A DNA stretch of 60,056 nt from Rhodoferax sp. (GCA_025358555.1 JANYJD010000036.1:1-60056), one strand, 5' to 3'; shown: positions 1 to 10,659, counted from the first letter of the stretch. Notes: a model not told the origin generated them from the letters alone. A program made the numbers and translations.

Positions 1-162
1 TGAACCCGATCATCACAACTTGCCTGCGTTGCAGGTATCGGCGGCAACCGGTTTCAAGTGTCAGCCCGGTCCTACAGCGGACACCCCGTGTCTGTGCGAA
101 GCCGCACAGACCGCGCCTTCTGGCCTTGTGAACCTCAGCGCTGGCAATAAAGGAGGAAGTGC

Positions 163-288
163 ATGGATATTTTCACGCTTGAACAAAGCAGGCGGTCGTA
201 CCGCGCAGACTTTGTCCTGTACATCCTGGCAGTGGTAACAGCCGGGGTTTGGGACCATGTATTCGCCGGTGCGGGGCCGGGCCGGTAG
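163..288 (+). CDS. candidate small membrane protein (41 aa), hypothetical
   Basis: ATG at 163 lies 6 nt after a near-perfect Shine-Dalgarno sequence (AAAGGAGGAAGTGC ATG). It translates to MDIFTLEQSRRSYRADFVLYILAVVTAGVWDHVFAGAGPGR, with one hydrophobic stretch. It falls below the 60-aa cutoff of the ORF track. No family was recognised. Confidence 0.25.
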   Translation: MDIFTLEQSRRSYRADFVLYILAVVTAGVWDHVFAGAGPGR

Positions 289-711
289 GACTCATCCTAC
301 GCATTGCAGCGTGCCGTCTGATAGACGCTGCGGGGTGCCGGCCGTAGCATCGATCTGTCGTGTATCAGTGGCCCTGGCGTGCAAAGCACAGGGGGTTCCT
401 CTGGTACATCCCGATTGAATTTTTTTCACGTGGCCCACCAAGGCGCGTCACCGGAGCATTTCATGAATTCCCAAGTAATTTTCCACCCATCCTGGAGCAC
501 CACCTCATTTGGCGGGGCAACTGACACGTCACCGATGGAGTTGTCTGCCCTGGGTGAGCACTTTGACCGTTGCCAAGGCTCGCGCGGCCGGCTGTTTGGC
601 CTGCGCTGCGCTGCAGAGGCCGTGCATGGCTTTGCGGTGACGCGGTTTGTGACGACTCTGGTCGTGGTGGTCGGGCTGTTTGCCGCTGCAGCCTGCGTCC
701 TGCTGTAGTGC

Positions 712-3700
712 ATGGCCCAAGCCGAGCTGGCGCGCCTGCTTCCGTCTGCAACCCAGGCCCTGTGCGATATCCTGGATGGCACACGGGGCCCGGTCGAGCC
801 CCCGATACGGTCTGAGATTTTCGGGCTCCAGCGGTTTGCGCAGCATGGCCGCAGCCTGGGGGAAACGCATCGCGCTGCCGTGGCGGATTCGGGCGCCACC
901 ACTTTTTTTCCGCGCCTCGAAAGCAATGTCAGGGTGCTGCGCGAAGCGCATGCCTACATTGGCCTGCAGGCATCGACTGGCTACGACATCAGCCCGGCGG
1001 CGGAATGGCTGCTGGACAATTTCCACCTGATCGAAGCGCAGCTGAAGGAGATTCACGAAGCGCTGCCGCGGCGCTACTTCCGCGCGCTGCCTGTCTTGAT
1101 GGATGAGCCCCTGGCCGGACTGCCACGCGTCTATGGCGTGGCCTGGGCTTTTGTGGCGCACACGGATGGCGCATTCGACGAGAACCTGCTGACACAGTTT
1201 CTTGACGCGTACCAGGAGACGCGCGAATTGAGCTTGAGTGAAATGTGGGCGCTGCCCACAACTTTGCGCGTGGTATTGATAGAGAATCTGCGCCGCCTGG
1301 CTGAACGTGTGGCAACCAACAAGGCGGCCCGGGAGGTCGCCAACCTGTGCTGTGACAGCATTGACACCTTCACCCTGGCCAAGCTGGATGAGCTGCTCGC
1401 CTTGGTGAACAAACGCGGGGTTGGCCGCGTGTTTCTGGCCCAGATGGCGCAACGCCTGCAAGACCGGCGGACTGCGCTCGATGGCAAGTACCAGCCCCGC
1501 TACCACGACTGGCTTCGCAACGCGCTGCCTGATCTGGCAGCATTGCAGGCCCAGCAGCCGGTCGACCAGGCTGCGGACAACTTGAGCGTAAGCAATGCCG
1601 TGACATCCCTGCGCGCCATTGGCGACGCCGACTGGACAGACATCGTGGCGCACGCCAGTGCCCTGATGCGCCTGATGCTGACTTCTGAGCTTTTTGCAGC
1701 AGAACAGTCTGGCACGCGCGACCAGACGCTGCACGCCATTGAGCTTCTCGCCAGACGCAGCCACCGGGGTGAAGTATTCGTTGCGCAGACCCTGCTGGGG
1801 TTGATGGACGCCGCAGGGGGTGGACACAGCGCTGCCGCAGCAGCCGCCCATTGGCTGCGTGGCGCTGGCAGGCCCGCCCTGCTACGGGCACTCGGACTCA
1901 AGCGGGACGCAGGCTTCAGCGCCGGCCTGGCTTGGGCTGGCTTGGCGCGGCGCGCGGTGTTGGGGGTCTATCTTGGTTGCCTGCTGATGGCCACCGCAGG
2001 ATTGGTGCTGTGGATGCTGCTGCACCACACGCCCGCAGTGGGCGCGGCTGGCGCGTGGGCCCTGTTGGCGGCAGGGCTGATCGTATTTCCGGCGTCCGAA
2101 GCGGTGGTGGCCGTGATCAACCGGCTCATCAGCGAGTCGGCGCGGCCCAAGCATTTGCCGCGTCTGGCGTTGACAGACGGCATACCGCAGGAGCACCGGG
2201 TGATGGTGGTGATCCCTGGCATGCTGACCAGCGCGGTGGCGGTCCGAGAACTGGCGCATCGTCTGCAATTGCACTATCTGGCCAACCCGGAGCGGCATGC
2301 GCAGTTCGCTCTGCTGACCGACTGGAGCGACTCGGACGAGGCACGGGCAGCGTCCGACGGTGCGCTGTTGGCCAGCGCGACGCAGGCAATCCGCGCACTC
2401 AACACCGGCTACCCTGAGCTTGCCGCACAGGCGACGGCAGATGGCGCTGCGCCCCGCTTTATTTTGCTGCACCGGGAGCGCGCGTTCAGCGATTCCGAGC
2501 AGCGCTGGATTGGCTGGGAACGCAAGCGCGGAAAACTTGAATTGCTGGTGGCCGCACTGGCGCAGAGTAACTCATCCGCTTTTCTGGATCTGGGCATCGA
2601 ATCCCGCATGGCGCCTGACACAAAGTACATCGTCACGCTGGACAGCGACACCCAATTGCCGCCGGGCCGCCTGCGCGAACTGGTGGGCGTGGCGGCCCAT
2701 CCGCACAACCAGCCCCAGCTCAGTGCGGACGGACACAGGGTGGCAAGCGGCTACGGCATCCTGCAGCCGCGCGTGGCCACGCCATTGCCCGCTCCCAAGG
2801 ACATCACGCTGTACCACTGGCTGTTTGCCGGGCAGTGCGGCATCGACCCTTACAGTGCAGCCACCTCCGAGGTCTATCAGGATCTGTTTGGCGAAGGCAC
2901 CTTCACCGGCAAGGGGCTGCTCAACGTGCAGGCCATGCACGCCGTGCTGGCTGGCCGGTTGCCCGAAGGCCGAGTGTTGAGCCACGATTTGCTGGAAGGC
3001 TCAATCGCGCGCTGCGCTGCGGTGACCGACATCACGCTGATCGAAGACGCGCCGTTTCATTCCGATGTGGCCGCGTCCCGCGTGCACCGCTGGACCCGTG
3101 GCGACTGGCAACTGCTGCCGTTCTTGCTGAACCCGGGGCGCTGGCGCCTGCGCGCCATCAACCGCTGGAAGATGTTTGACAACCTGCGCCGCTCTCTGGT
3201 GGCACCGGTGTCGCTGGGCCTGCTGCTGCTGGCGCTGGGCACCGGTGTGGTGTCGCCCTGGGCGGCGCTGGCGCTGGTGCTGGCCGGGTTTTGCGCCGGA
3301 CCCCTGATGGGCGCCGTGGCGGGCTTTTCACCCAGCCGTGACGATGTGGCCAAAGTGCACTTTTACCGGCAAGCTGCGACTGACCTGGCACGTGCGCTGT
3401 GGGGTGGCCTGTGGCTGCTTGCCCAGTTGCTGCAACAGGCGTTGATGGGCGTGGACGCGGTCACGCGTGCGCTGTACCGCATGGCCATCAGCCGGCGGCA
3501 TCTGCTGCAGTGGACCACCGCGGCAGCCGCACAGGCAGCGGCGAAGACGCGTTTTGGCGATGTGCTGCGCCAGCATTGGACCTTGCCCCCAGTGGCATTG
3601 GCATTGTTGGCGGCATTGCTCGCCACCGGCACGCGCTACCCGGCGCTGGCAGGGGCGCTGTGCCTGCTGTGGGCGGCATCGCCCGTGTGGACCTGGTGGG

Positions 3701-6700
3701 TGAGTCGGCCGCGCCCGGCTGGCAAAGACGCCGCCTTGCCGCTGGCAGACCAGGTATGCCTGGAGGGCATCGCGCGCGACACCTGGCGCCTGTTTGAGCG
3801 CTGCGTCGTAGCCGAAGAAAACCATTTGCCGCCCGACAATTTGCAGACCAACCCCAACGACATGGTGGCACACCGCACGTCGCCCACCAACATTGGCCTG
3901 TACCTGCTCAGCGTGGCGTGCGCGCGGCAGTTCGGCTGGATCGGCACGCAAGACCTGCTGACCCGGCTGGAAGCCACACTGGCCACACTGGCCCGAATGC
4001 AGCGCCACCGTGGCCACTTTGTGAACTGGTACGACACGCAGACTTGCGCGCCGCTGCTGCCGATGTATGTGTCCACCGTGGACAGCGGCAACCTCAGCGG
4101 CCACCTGCTGGCCGTGGCCCAGGCTTGCCTGGAACTGGCCGATGCGCCGTCCGGCCAGGCCGCGTCGCAGCGGGCCATTCAAGCTGGCAGGCAACGCTTC
4201 GAGGGGCTGCTGGACCGGCGCACCCAACTTTCTGTGGCACAGCGCAGCGAGTTGAGATGGCACCTGGCAGACCATCGCGCGACACGGCGGTCCGCCCAAC
4301 GCGACGCACAGGCGGCAACGTCAGCGACGCCAACGACAGGTGGTGGCTTGGGGGAAGAAGCGCAGCGTTTGCACACGCTGGCCAATGCGTTTGAACAACT
4401 GGCCTGGGAGGCAGACTTCAGTTTCCTGTACCACCGCAAGCGGCATCTGCTTCACATTGGCTACCGCGTGGCCGAGCAACAGCTTGACGCGGGGTTTTAT
4501 GACCTTCTGGCATCGGAATCGCGCCTGACAAGCCTGCTGGCGATCGCCAAAGGCCACGTTCCCGTGCGCCACTGGGCATCGCTGGGGCGGCCGTTTTACG
4601 CGGTGGGTGCGGATGCCGGACTGCGTTCGTGGTCGGGCTCCATGTTCGAGTACCTCATGCCCAGCCTGGTGCTTGATGAGCCGCACGGCAGCGTTTTGCG
4701 GGGTGCTTGCCACGCGGCGCTGGTGGAACAGGTAGCGTATGCCCATGCGCAGCATGTGCCCTGGGGCATTTCGGAGTCGGCCTATGCCGGTCGCGACCAC
4801 ACGCTGGCGTACCAATATGCGCCGCAAGGCGTGCCCCGCCTGGCGTTGCGCCGCACACCGCCCGACGAGTTGGTGATTGCCCCGTATGCCACGGCGCTGG
4901 CCGCTCAGATTGCGCCGCACCTGGCCACCGGCAATTTCAAGTCGTTGGCTGCATTGGCCCCGCGTGAGCGCTACGGCTTCATTGAGGCGCTTGACTTCAC
5001 GCCGGCACGGCGCACCGGCACGGAGGCTTTCACGCCGGTGGTGACCTTCATGGCACACCACCAGGGCATGAGCATCGTGGCACTGGCCAATGTGCTGCTG
5101 GGCGGCGTGGCGCAGCGCTGGGGCATGGCCAACCCGCACATTGAGGCCGTGGCTTCGCTGCTGCACGAGCGTGCGCCGCGCGAAGTGTCAATGCTGCACG
5201 CGCCAACGATGAGCCGGCCGACACAATCCGCCCGAAGGCGCGCACAGGGCCTGCTGCGCGAGGTGCTGCCGGGCGCAACGGCCCTGGAGCCCACGCATGT
5301 GCTGTCAAACGGGCGCTACAGCGTATCGCTGCGTCCCAACGGGGCAGGATGGAGCCGCTGGGGCCAGACTGGCATCACTCGCTGGCGCGACGACGCACTG
5401 CGCGACGCCTACGGCAGCTTCTTTTATGTCAGATGGGACCAGCGGCCTCAGCCGGTGTCCATCACCCAGCACCCGGCACCCGACCCGAAAGCGGACTACC
5501 ACAGCACTTTCCATGCTGACCGGGTGTGCTTTGACGCGGCCTGGAGCCACCTGCAGAGCCACACCATGGTCTGGGTCAGCCCGGAAGACGACATTGAGTT
5601 CCGCCAGGTCGAACTGCGAAACTTGAGTGACCGCACGCTGGATATCGAACTGATCTCGGCCTTTGAGGTGACGCTGGCCGACCCGCGCGCGGACGAAGCC
5701 CACCCGGCGTTCAGCAACCTGTTTGTGCAGGCGCGGTGGCTGGCGGCGCAACAGGCGCTGGTGTTCGAGCGCACGCCGCGCCTGGCCACCGAACGCGGCG
5801 TGCAGACGGCGCATTTTCTGGCGCAGACCGATCCACACGTGATCAGTGTGCGCGTGTCAGCAGACCGCCAGCGCTGGCTGGGACGCAATCGCACCGCTGC
5901 CACACCTCTGGCATTTTTTGACACTGCGATGCAGACCGGCTTGCCCGATGCTGGGCCTGACTCCCCAATGGCCCCATTGGACACCGGGTTGGACCCAGTG
6001 TGTGCGCTGGCCGTACGGCTGCGCATCGCGCCCAACGCAAAAGCCCGCCTGACCTTTGCCACTGCAGCATCGGACAACAGTGGCACGCTGCATGCCGTGA
6101 TCGACAAGTACCAGCAACCCAGCCACGTGCAGCGCGCCTCACTCATGTCAGCCACGCTGACGGGCATCCGGCTGCGCGCGATGCGGATCAGCAGTGAAAA
6201 CTTTGCCGCCATCCAGGTGCTCACCACGGCTCTGGCGCTCACCCTGGCACGTCCCCAGGCCGGCCAGCCAGATTTGACGGACTCCAAAGGGGAGGTGTGC
6301 GACCGGCGGCTGCTCTGGCGCTTTGGCATATCAGGCGATCATCCGGTGATCCTGGTGTCAGCCGGCGTAACCCAGGGGCTGGGACTGCTGCGTTCGCTGG
6401 GCCACGCGCTGCGCCTGTGGTCGTGGGGCGGGGTTGCCTGCGACCTCGTGGTGGTGAATGCCGAGCCCGCGTCATATCTCATGGCGCTGCAGCGTGAGCT
6501 GACCGCGCTGCGGGACCGGCATATCGCGGACAGTGGCGCTGATTCGAACGCGCCGGGGTCGGCCCGCACCAGCTTTCACGTCCTTCGCGCAGACGATCTC
6601 TCGGCCGATGAATTGGGCACCCTGCAAGCCGTGGCGCGGGTGCGTCTGAATGCTGACGGACGGCCCCTGGCGCACCATGTGCAGGAGTGGAGCGATCTGC

Positions 6701-9333
6701 ACGAGCAGGCGCTGGAGAGCCGGCTTGGCATATCCACCTTCCCAGTGGCAGCACCGAGCGACATGAACGCAGACGTGCCTGCGCCAACCGGGGAGTTCGC
6801 CGGGGTCTCAGGTGAATTCCGCTTTGATGCCAGTGCTGGTATGCGGCCTGCAAAACCATGGGTCAATGTGCTGGCCAACCCCCACTTCGGTGCGCAGATC
6901 TCAGAGGCCGGAGGGGGCTACACCTGGGCCGTGAACAGCCGCCTGAACCAGCTCACAGCATGGTCGAACGATCCAGTGGCGGACCCGCCGTCTGAGTGGT
7001 TCCTGCTGCAGGACCGCAAGAGCATGCAGGTGTGGAGCGTGACACCGTCGGCGTGGGGCGGTGCCGGGTTGAAGTACCGCGTGGCGCACGGACAGGGCTA
7101 CAGCGTCATCAGCCACCGGCGCGGCGACCTGGACGTGACCGCGTCCTGGTGCGTGGACCCGCAAACATCGGTAAAGCAGGTGCGAATCCGTCTGGTCAAC
7201 CGGGGCCACAAGACGCTGCAACTGCGCTTGGTTGGCGTTGCCGAATGGATGATGGGCGCCAACCGCGCTGACCGCGCCACCGTGCGCACGGCGCACCACA
7301 GCCAGCACCTGGCCGCGCCCGCCAAGCCTTTGGCGGATCCCGACGGCTCGCACCAGAAGTCACTGACGGCGCTGCTGGCCACACAGCTTGATCGCTCGGC
7401 AGGATTTGGCGACGGAACAGCGTTTCTGGCCATGGTGGATGCCGACGACTGGACCTGTGATCGCCGGGAATGCTTTGATGCGCGTGGCGCGCTGGTGCTG
7501 CCCGACCATTTCGACCAGCGCAGCGGTGGCGCAAGCGACCCCTGTGCAGCCCTGTCAACGCGCTTGTCGCTGGCCGCAGGTGAATCGGTGGAGCGGGTGT
7601 TTTTGATGGGTTACGCAGAAACCATCGACGCTGCCCGGCAACTGGCCGCGGTGGCCGCAACAGTTCCGCCCGCGCGGCGCATGGAGCAGGTGCGCGGCGC
7701 CTGGGACAAACTTCTGGGCGCGACCACGGTAAAGACGCCTGACCCCCTGTTTGACGCCATGGTGAACCGCTGGCTGATGTACCAGACGGTGGCCTGCCGG
7801 CTATGGGCGAAGGCAGGCTTTTACCAGGCGGGCGGCGCCTATGGATTTCGAGACCAGTTGCAGGATTCAATGGCGCTGGCTTGGGCCGCGCCAGAGATGC
7901 TGCGCCAGCAGATTGTGCTGGCGGCTTCGCGCCAGTTCCCCGAAGGCGATGTGCAGCACTGGTGGCACGCGCCCACAGGTGCGGGCGTTCGAACCCATTT
8001 CACGGACGATCTGCTGTGGCTCCCCTACGCCTGCGCCCACTACCTCCGGGCCACGGGCGACGCCACACTGCTGGACGCCAGCGTCCCCTTCATCGAAGGT
8101 GCAGCCATTGCGCCCGGGGCCGAAGACGCTTACTACACGCCCGGGGTAAGCAGTCGGGAAGCGTCTGTCTATGAACATGCAGCGCGCGCGATTGACCGCA
8201 GTCTGGCGGTGGGCTCAAACGGTTTGCCCTTGATGGGAACGGGCGACTGGAATGACGGCATGAACCGGGTGGGCCATGAAGGCCGTGGCGAATCGGTGTG
8301 GTTGGGATGGTTTCTGTGCCAGTTGGTGAAAGATTTTTCCCCTGTGGCACGTGCGCGCGGTGGCGAAGACAGGGCGCAGCGCTGGGAGGCGGCCGCCGAG
8401 GGTTGGAAGGCGGCCCTGCTGGGGCCTGCCTGGGACGGCCAGTGGTTCAAGCGCGCCTTTTTTGACGATGGCACAGCCTTGGGCTCAAACGCCAATCCGG
8501 AGGCCAAAATCGACCTGATTGCGCAAGCCTGGTCGGTGTTGTCAGGGGTCGCCCCTGTGGCCTTCCAGCGCATGGCCATGGCGGCAGTGGAGGAGCATCT
8601 GGTGAACGCGCAGGCCGGGCTCATCAAACTGCTTGACCCGCCACTGGTTCATGCCTCGCCAAGCGCAGGCTACATCCAGGCCTATCCGCCTGGCGTGCGG
8701 GAAAACGGCGGCCAGTATTCACACGCTGCAGTATGGGCGCTGATGGCGCAGGCCGAGCATGCGGGAAACCTGCGGGCGCCACTTCGAGGCGATGCTGGCA
8801 CTGGCCCAAGCGCTGCCAATGGAGACACCGCCTACCGCTACTTCACCTATCTCAGCCCCGCGCACCGTGCCCAGCACACGCTGCATGGCCCGGCCTATGG
8901 TGTCGAGCCTTACGTGATGGCGGGTGACGTGTACACCCAGCCACCCTACGTGGGACGTGGTGGCTGGAGCTGGTACACCGGTTCCGCTGCCTGGATGCAC
9001 CGTGCGGCCATCGAATCAATCTTCGGCTTGAAACTGGGCGCAGAGGAGCTCTGCTTCATGCCATGCCTGCCTTCGCATTGGCCACAGGCTGAACTTACGC
9101 TGGTGCGTGACGGGCGCACGATGCGCTTCATCCTGCTTCGCGCCAATCAGGCGGACGCACTCGCGGCGATGGCGCAATGGGGCGCGCAGCCGCTGCGGCT
9201 GGGGCAAGCGTTGAAGTGGGCCGGTCTGGCAGAGCACACCTGCTTTGTCATTGCTTTGCAGGAACCAACTGCCGCACCGTCTGCCAAGCCACGGGCGTGG
9301 CAGGCGAGCGGTTTGGCGCAACCTCAAGTCTGA
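712..9333 (+). CDS. ndvB: cyclic beta-1,2-glucan synthase (NdvB/ChvB/Cgs family; GT84 glycosyltransferase plus GH94-like phosphorylase region)
   Basis: Single 2873-aa ORF, the size class of Cgs/NdvB. It contains a hydrophobic membrane-spanning block, the glycosyltransferase motifs YIVTLDSDTQLPPG and HRWTRGDWQLL, and a C-terminal cellobiose-phosphorylase-like region (GGWSWYTGSAAWMHRA). Confidence 0.85.
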   Translation: MAQAELARLLPSATQALCDILDGTRGPVEPPIRSEIFGLQRFAQHGRSLGETHRAAVADSGATTFFPRLESNVRVLREAHAYIGLQASTGYDISPAAEWLLDNFHLIEAQLKEIHEALPRRYFRALPVLMDEPLAGLPRVYGVAWAFVAHTDGAFDENLLTQFLDAYQETRELSLSEMWALPTTLRVVLIENLRRLAERVATNKAAREVANLCCDSIDTFTLAKLDELLALVNKRGVGRVFLAQMAQRLQDRRTALDGKYQPRYHDWLRNALPDLAALQAQQPVDQAADNLSVSNAVTSLRAIGDADWTDIVAHASALMRLMLTSELFAAEQSGTRDQTLHAIELLARRSHRGEVFVAQTLLGLMDAAGGGHSAAAAAAHWLRGAGRPALLRALGLKRDAGFSAGLAWAGLARRAVLGVYLGCLLMATAGLVLWMLLHHTPAVGAAGAWALLAAGLIVFPASEAVVAVINRLISESARPKHLPRLALTDGIPQEHRVMVVIPGMLTSAVAVRELAHRLQLHYLANPERHAQFALLTDWSDSDEARAASDGALLASATQAIRALNTGYPELAAQATADGAAPRFILLHRERAFSDSEQRWIGWERKRGKLELLVAALAQSNSSAFLDLGIESRMAPDTKYIVTLDSDTQLPPGRLRELVGVAAHPHNQPQLSADGHRVASGYGILQPRVATPLPAPKDITLYHWLFAGQCGIDPYSAATSEVYQDLFGEGTFTGKGLLNVQAMHAVLAGRLPEGRVLSHDLLEGSIARCAAVTDITLIEDAPFHSDVAASRVHRWTRGDWQLLPFLLNPGRWRLRAINRWKMFDNLRRSLVAPVSLGLLLLALGTGVVSPWAALALVLAGFCAGPLMGAVAGFSPSRDDVAKVHFYRQAATDLARALWGGLWLLAQLLQQALMGVDAVTRALYRMAISRRHLLQWTTAAAAQAAAKTRFGDVLRQHWTLPPVALALLAALLATGTRYPALAGALCLLWAASPVWTWWVSRPRPAGKDAALPLADQVCLEGIARDTWRLFERCVVAEENHLPPDNLQTNPNDMVAHRTSPTNIGLYLLSVACARQFGWIGTQDLLTRLEATLATLARMQRHRGHFVNWYDTQTCAPLLPMYVSTVDSGNLSGHLLAVAQACLELADAPSGQAASQRAIQAGRQRFEGLLDRRTQLSVAQRSELRWHLADHRATRRSAQRDAQAATSATPTTGGGLGEEAQRLHTLANAFEQLAWEADFSFLYHRKRHLLHIGYRVAEQQLDAGFYDLLASESRLTSLLAIAKGHVPVRHWASLGRPFYAVGADAGLRSWSGSMFEYLMPSLVLDEPHGSVLRGACHAALVEQVAYAHAQHVPWGISESAYAGRDHTLAYQYAPQGVPRLALRRTPPDELVIAPYATALAAQIAPHLATGNFKSLAALAPRERYGFIEALDFTPARRTGTEAFTPVVTFMAHHQGMSIVALANVLLGGVAQRWGMANPHIEAVASLLHERAPREVSMLHAPTMSRPTQSARRRAQGLLREVLPGATALEPTHVLSNGRYSVSLRPNGAGWSRWGQTGITRWRDDALRDAYGSFFYVRWDQRPQPVSITQHPAPDPKADYHSTFHADRVCFDAAWSHLQSHTMVWVSPEDDIEFRQVELRNLSDRTLDIELISAFEVTLADPRADEAHPAFSNLFVQARWLAAQQALVFERTPRLATERGVQTAHFLAQTDPHVISVRVSADRQRWLGRNRTAATPLAFFDTAMQTGLPDAGPDSPMAPLDTGLDPVCALAVRLRIAPNAKARLTFATAASDNSGTLHAVIDKYQQPSHVQRASLMSATLTGIRLRAMRISSENFAAIQVLTTALALTLARPQAGQPDLTDSKGEVCDRRLLWRFGISGDHPVILVSAGVTQGLGLLRSLGHALRLWSWGGVACDLVVVNAEPASYLMALQRELTALRDRHIADSGADSNAPGSARTSFHVLRADDLSADELGTLQAVARVRLNADGRPLAHHVQEWSDLHEQALESRLGISTFPVAAPSDMNADVPAPTGEFAGVSGEFRFDASAGMRPAKPWVNVLANPHFGAQISEAGGGYTWAVNSRLNQLTAWSNDPVADPPSEWFLLQDRKSMQVWSVTPSAWGGAGLKYRVAHGQGYSVISHRRGDLDVTASWCVDPQTSVKQVRIRLVNRGHKTLQLRLVGVAEWMMGANRADRATVRTAHHSQHLAAPAKPLADPDGSHQKSLTALLATQLDRSAGFGDGTAFLAMVDADDWTCDRRECFDARGALVLPDHFDQRSGGASDPCAALSTRLSLAAGESVERVFLMGYAETIDAARQLAAVAATVPPARRMEQVRGAWDKLLGATTVKTPDPLFDAMVNRWLMYQTVACRLWAKAGFYQAGGAYGFRDQLQDSMALAWAAPEMLRQQIVLAASRQFPEGDVQHWWHAPTGAGVRTHFTDDLLWLPYACAHYLRATGDATLLDASVPFIEGAAIAPGAEDAYYTPGVSSREASVYEHAARAIDRSLAVGSNGLPLMGTGDWNDGMNRVGHEGRGESVWLGWFLCQLVKDFSPVARARGGEDRAQRWEAAAEGWKAALLGPAWDGQWFKRAFFDDGTALGSNANPEAKIDLIAQAWSVLSGVAPVAFQRMAMAAVEEHLVNAQAGLIKLLDPPLVHASPSAGYIQAYPPGVRENGGQYSHAAVWALMAQAEHAGNLRAPLRGDAGTGPSAANGDTAYRYFTYLSPAHRAQHTLHGPAYGVEPYVMAGDVYTQPPYVGRGGWSWYTGSAAWMHRAAIESIFGLKLGAEELCFMPCLPSHWPQAELTLVRDGRTMRFILLRANQADALAAMAQWGAQPLRLGQALKWAGLAEHTCFVIALQEPTAAPSAKPRAWQASGLAQPQV

Positions 9334-9468
9334 CAGTGACGTGAGGTGCCGTCCTACGCTCGCTTGCGCTTGACACCGATGGCTGCAACGCCGCAGTGCT
9401 TTTAAAGTTCAGTCATGGATCGCGGATATGTTTGTGCCGAACCAGCCCACCCAATCAAGGAAATACCG

Positions 9469-10041
9469 ATGGCCACCAAAACTGAAAACAACAACGTCAA
9501 ACAGCTGCCCGTTGCAGAACCCCCTCGAATGGTTCTGGACGAAGCTGCCATCGACGCAGCACGGCGCAGCCTGGACCAAGGCGCAGTGACACCTAACTAT
9601 GGGCCCTGGCGCAAGGACATCATCAAGTTGCTCAACGACTCCCTGGCGACTGAACTGGTTTGCGTGCTGCGTTACAAGCGCCACCACTTCACGGCGCAGG
9701 GTTTGGCGTCACCAAAAATTGCAGAAGAGTTCTTGGTGCACGCCAACGAAGAATCAGGGCATGCAGACCGCTTGGCCCAGCGCATCGTGCAGCTCGGCGG
9801 CGAACCCGACTTTTCCCCCGACTCGTTAAGCAAACGCAGCCACGCCGAATATGACGATTCGGCGGACCTGAAGGCCATGATCAAGGCCAACTTGATCGCC
9901 GAGCGGGTGGCCATTGAAAGCTACAGCCAGATCATTGCGATGATTGGCGACAAAGATTCAACCACACGGCGCCTGCTGGAAGACATTCTGGGCGATGAGC
10001 AGGAACATGCCGACGAGTTGAAAGACTGGCTCGCCGACTGA
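9469..10041 (+). CDS. ferritin-like / bacterioferritin-family protein
   Basis: Ferritin-like four-helix motifs (EESGHADRLAQRIVQLGGEP and LGDEQEHADELKDWL). The start was moved to the ATG at 9469 (MATKTENN), which follows AAGGAAATACCG. The track ORF starts at 9415. Confidence 0.7.
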   Translation: MATKTENNNVKQLPVAEPPRMVLDEAAIDAARRSLDQGAVTPNYGPWRKDIIKLLNDSLATELVCVLRYKRHHFTAQGLASPKIAEEFLVHANEESGHADRLAQRIVQLGGEPDFSPDSLSKRSHAEYDDSADLKAMIKANLIAERVAIESYSQIIAMIGDKDSTTRRLLEDILGDEQEHADELKDWLAD

Positions 10042-10143
10042 CCGGTTTCGACGCTTTCCGCCCATGGGCAGTGGGGCTGGTCACTGTCCCAAGTAACCGC
10101 GCTTGCACACAAGCACACACTTAACTTTTATTGGAGATTTACC

Positions 10144-10458
10144 ATGAACATTCGCACTTCTTTTGCAGCGACCATCGCAGCAGTTGCCTTGATGGCCGTC
10201 ACTGGCTGCGCAGTCACACGCGGGCAGGAAACCGTTGGCGCTTACGTGGATGACACGGCCATCACGACCTCAGTGAAAGCACGTTTTGTCGACAACAAGG
10301 ATGTAGACGCCTCTAGCATAAGGGTCGAAACGCTGAACGGCACTGTCATGCTGTCGGGCTTTGCCAAAAACACATTGGAGAGGACCACCGCAGGTGACAT
10401 CGCCATGAAGGTCAAAGGCGTGAAGACGGTCAAAAACGAAATCACCGTCCGTCCTTGA
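10144..10458 (+). CDS. BON-domain lipoprotein (OsmY-like)
   Basis: Lipobox in the signal peptide (LMAVTGC). BON-domain pattern: DTAITTSVKARF...IRVETLNGTVMLSGFA...A..IAMKVKGVKTVKNEITV. Confidence 0.75.
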   Translation: MNIRTSFAATIAAVALMAVTGCAVTRGQETVGAYVDDTAITTSVKARFVDNKDVDASSIRVETLNGTVMLSGFAKNTLERTTAGDIAMKVKGVKTVKNEITVRP

Positions 10459-10496
10459 TGTCGGAATCAACACAAATCCACGCCTGAACCAGGCGT

Positions 10497-10525
10497 AAAA
10501 AAGCCCACTCAGGTGGGCTTTTTTT
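10497..10525. terminator. bidirectional rho-independent terminator
   Basis: AAAAAA-GCCCAC-TCAG-GTGGGC-TTTTTTT: a 6-bp GC stem flanked by an A-run and a T-run. It sits between the convergent BON gene (+) and tRNA-fMet/rplQ (-). Confidence 0.8.
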
Positions 10526-10561
10526 CGACTGCACAATACTGGGTATTGACAGTTTCATGAG

Positions 10562-10638
<77 letters not shown>

Positions 10639-10659
10639 GTAAGCCAATATTATAACTGA

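Noticed and set aside
379-708. 109-aa ORF ending 3 nt before the ndvB start, in the same frame as ndvB (separated only by TAG-TGC), with a hydrophobic C-terminus
   Set aside because: Its 5' half has AT-rich third positions and no internal ATG (for example 535) has a Shine-Dalgarno sequence. Sharing the frame has a one-in-three chance. The NdvB N-termini I know do not carry such an extension. It might still be a small upstream ORF, but I cannot support that.
529-1851. 440-aa minus-strand ORF, and many other long ORFs (for example 1882-2472 and 3328-4299) that overlap ndvB in antisense or shifted frames
   Set aside because: Their translations are Arg/Ala/Pro/Gly-rich and low in complexity, as expected for stop-codon-poor off-frames in high-GC DNA. 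The plus-strand frame encodes a recognisable NdvB homologue throughout.
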